A stretch of DNA of 64,000 nt from Marsupella aquatica. Its lineage: Eukaryota > Plantae > Marchantiophyta. Numbering within the stretch: position 1 is the first letter of the stretch; the number at the start of each line of letters is the position of its first letter. Position numbers and translations under genes: made by a program. The notes under the pieces were generated by a model. It had not been told where the DNA came from, searched no databases, and saw only the letters and a list, made by a program, of their open reading frames with translations. Below, in pieces: positions 62,309 through 64,000 of the stretch. Location: the NCBI GenBank assembly GCA_973895155.1, contig OZ316892.1, positions 24,127,971 to 24,191,970 of the forward strand, written 5' to 3'.

Positions 62309-64000
62309 ATGGCTTACAGTTTGGGCGCCTTCTGTAGTGACGACGACAAGTACACGGACTATGAGGCTTGGTCGGATCCCTACTTTTGCTGTGAACAATT
62401 CTTCACGAGCACTGCGGCGTTTGAGGTTCATAGAGCCAGGGTTCATGGACCTAGGATTCCCGTTGGTCGCAGTCATGTCCAAGTTAGAGGTCTTCCCAGA
62501 GCTGGTTTGGGTACTGGTGGCGGTGGAGGTCCTAAACCTGTCCCTGGTCGTGGTGCCGGCGGTAGTGGAGGTGCTGTTGGGAAGAAGAAAAAAGGGAAAC
62601 AGAGGAATACCCAAATTCCACCCCAAGCCCCAACTCAGTCTCCAATGTCTGAAGGCTTGGTTCTCGGGTCGTCATTCGAAATTATTGAGGAAGGGCATAC
62701 CCAATGGGCTGCACCCCAACCCGAACGTCCACGTCCACCTCCAATGACTGCATCATCGGATGGTGCAGAACATTGGTTTCGCAGAGGGTCATTGTTATCT
62801 GAGGATGTTTTTGACGGTGGATGTGAAGGTGCCGGGGTACGTGGAAGTGGCGGTCTCTTTGGCGGAGATGGTTTTGGAGGTGCTGGTGCTCCTCCTGCCC
62901 CTGGTACTAGCGCGGGTTCCGGTGCTGTCGGTAATACTTCTGCTGGGAAGAACAAGAAAGCGAAGAAGAAAGGGAAAAAAAAAGGGAAAGGGAATGTTCC
63001 AGTTCAAGCCCCATCCCCTCCTTCAGTGCCTCACTTACCCGATTATGCCTCGCTTTTGGGATTGGCGTTCGAAGATCCTCTCGAGTGTTCTGAGGATGAA
63101 TATTCAGAGGAGGATTTCTTTGAGAGTGGACATGGACTTTATGATAGTAATTGCGAGGACTGTATGGATCGCATGAGGAATGATTACATGGAATCCTTTC
63201 ATTATATTCATTATGATGAATCTGATGAGGATTCTGATATTTGTGATGATGCCGTCGACAAGTACATGGTACATTGCATGCGTAGTTACTTGATACTGAA
63301 TGGTGCTAAATCGGCTAAACTGGCTAAATCCAGCTCGAAGAAGGGTACTCAGACTTCCGGTGGTGCTGACAATGAAACCTGCGGTAATTGCAAGCAGTCT
63401 TTCGGCCCCAAGCACGTCTACTTGCTACATATGGCCTACACTCATAATTTGTGTGGTGTTTGTGAGAGTACATCTCAGGAGGAGCAGAGGACTGGCGATT
63501 CACGATTTGAGAACGAAGACCACTACAAGTCTTCACCAAGCTGCCTCTATAATCTGAATTTTAAGCTTGGTAAAGTCCAAATCACGGAGGTGCCCGATTT
63601 CGAAGAGGACGAGAGAGATCAGTTCCTTTGTCTCACTTGTGGAGATGGTTCTGGCTCTCGATCTGCTTTGAATCGACATTACGCTACTGATCACACGAAG
63701 TGCTGGAGCTGCAAGATCCAGTTTGATACGCAGGATAATCTGTGTCACCACTTCAGGACCTCAAAGGTGCACTTCGGAAAGTATTGTTTGCCATGCGAGA
63801 TGGTCTTCTCGTCCAAGGGAGGCATGAGTGCGCACTGCACCGAGACCCATTCAGCAGGGCCGAACAAACAGGTTATTGGAGAGTTGTTTACCTGTGATGC
63901 GTGCACCAAGGTAGTGAGGTCTTTTCCAACGGAGGAGGAACTCGAGGCCCATCTTCAGTTCGAGCATATCAGGTGTTTCCCTTGCAAGCGAGAGTTTGGT
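62309..64000 (+). CDS. Multi-C2H2 zinc-finger protein, uninterrupted ORF of at least 564 codons, truncated by the window end
   Basis: Open from ATG 62309 (MAYSLGAFCSDDDKY...) to the window end with no stop. Fingers: CCEQFFTSTAAFEVHRARVH, CGNCKQSF...HMAYTH, CLTC...LNRHYATDH, CWSCKIQF...LCHHFRTSKVH, CLPCEMVF...HCTETH, CDAC...LEAHLQFEH, CFPCKREF. Also Gly-rich, Lys-rich and acidic tracts. Missing from the supplied ORF track. Confidence 0.88.
   Translation, partial: MAYSLGAFCSDDDKYTDYEAWSDPYFCCEQFFTSTAAFEVHRARVHGPRIPVGRSHVQVRGLPRAGLGTGGGGGPKPVPGRGAGGSGGAVGKKKKGKQRNTQIPPQAPTQSPMSEGLVLGSSFEIIEEGHTQWAAPQPERPRPPPMTASSDGAEHWFRRGSLLSEDVFDGGCEGAGVRGSGGLFGGDGFGGAGAPPAPGTSAGSGAVGNTSAGKNKKAKKKGKKKGKGNVPVQAPSPPSVPHLPDYASLLGLAFEDPLECSEDEYSEEDFFESGHGLYDSNCEDCMDRMRNDYMESFHYIHYDESDEDSDICDDAVDKYMVHCMRSYLILNGAKSAKLAKSSSKKGTQTSGGADNETCGNCKQSFGPKHVYLLHMAYTHNLCGVCESTSQEEQRTGDSRFENEDHYKSSPSCLYNLNFKLGKVQITEVPDFEEDERDQFLCLTCGDGSGSRSALNRHYATDHTKCWSCKIQFDTQDNLCHHFRTSKVHFGKYCLPCEMVFSSKGGMSAHCTETHSAGPNKQVIGELFTCDACTKVVRSFPTEEELEAHLQFEHIRCFPCKREFG

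Noticed and set aside
62303-63751. Several overlapping 70-138 aa ORFs in the supplied track
   Set aside because: Alternative-frame and antisense shadows of the single long zinc-finger ORF starting at 62309.

Overview
Eukaryotic nuclear DNA from a land plant. Compact GT-AG multi-exon genes, long 5' leaders and CpG-depleted repeats suggest a bryophyte, probably a liverwort (inference only). Six complete spliced genes were reconstructed by hand: formamidase (-), a SNAP25/SNAP33-type Qbc-SNARE (-), an STK19-family protein (+), adenine phosphoribosyltransferase (-), a 158-aa orphan (+) and a malectin-like LRR receptor kinase (+). An intronless multi-C2H2 zinc-finger ORF runs off the right end and is absent from the ORF track; the probable 5' leader of another gene lies at the left end. 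Mobile DNA comprises a complete but decayed Ty1/copia element (323-bp LTRs, TCAAC TSD), a solo LTR, a collapsed copia relic, MITE- and LINE-like remnants and many local tandem duplications. Strongest leads: (1) the orphan resembles a PHD-less Integrator subunit 12 (INTS12) reduced to its N-terminal microdomain and C-terminal motif; (2) a clean 232-bp CpG-rich, fully open-frame insert splits a CpG-free tandem array just upstream of it; (3) the zinc-finger protein has non-plant-type fingers; (4) an 80-nt near-perfect hairpin. No database searches were possible; family calls rest on recalled motifs.
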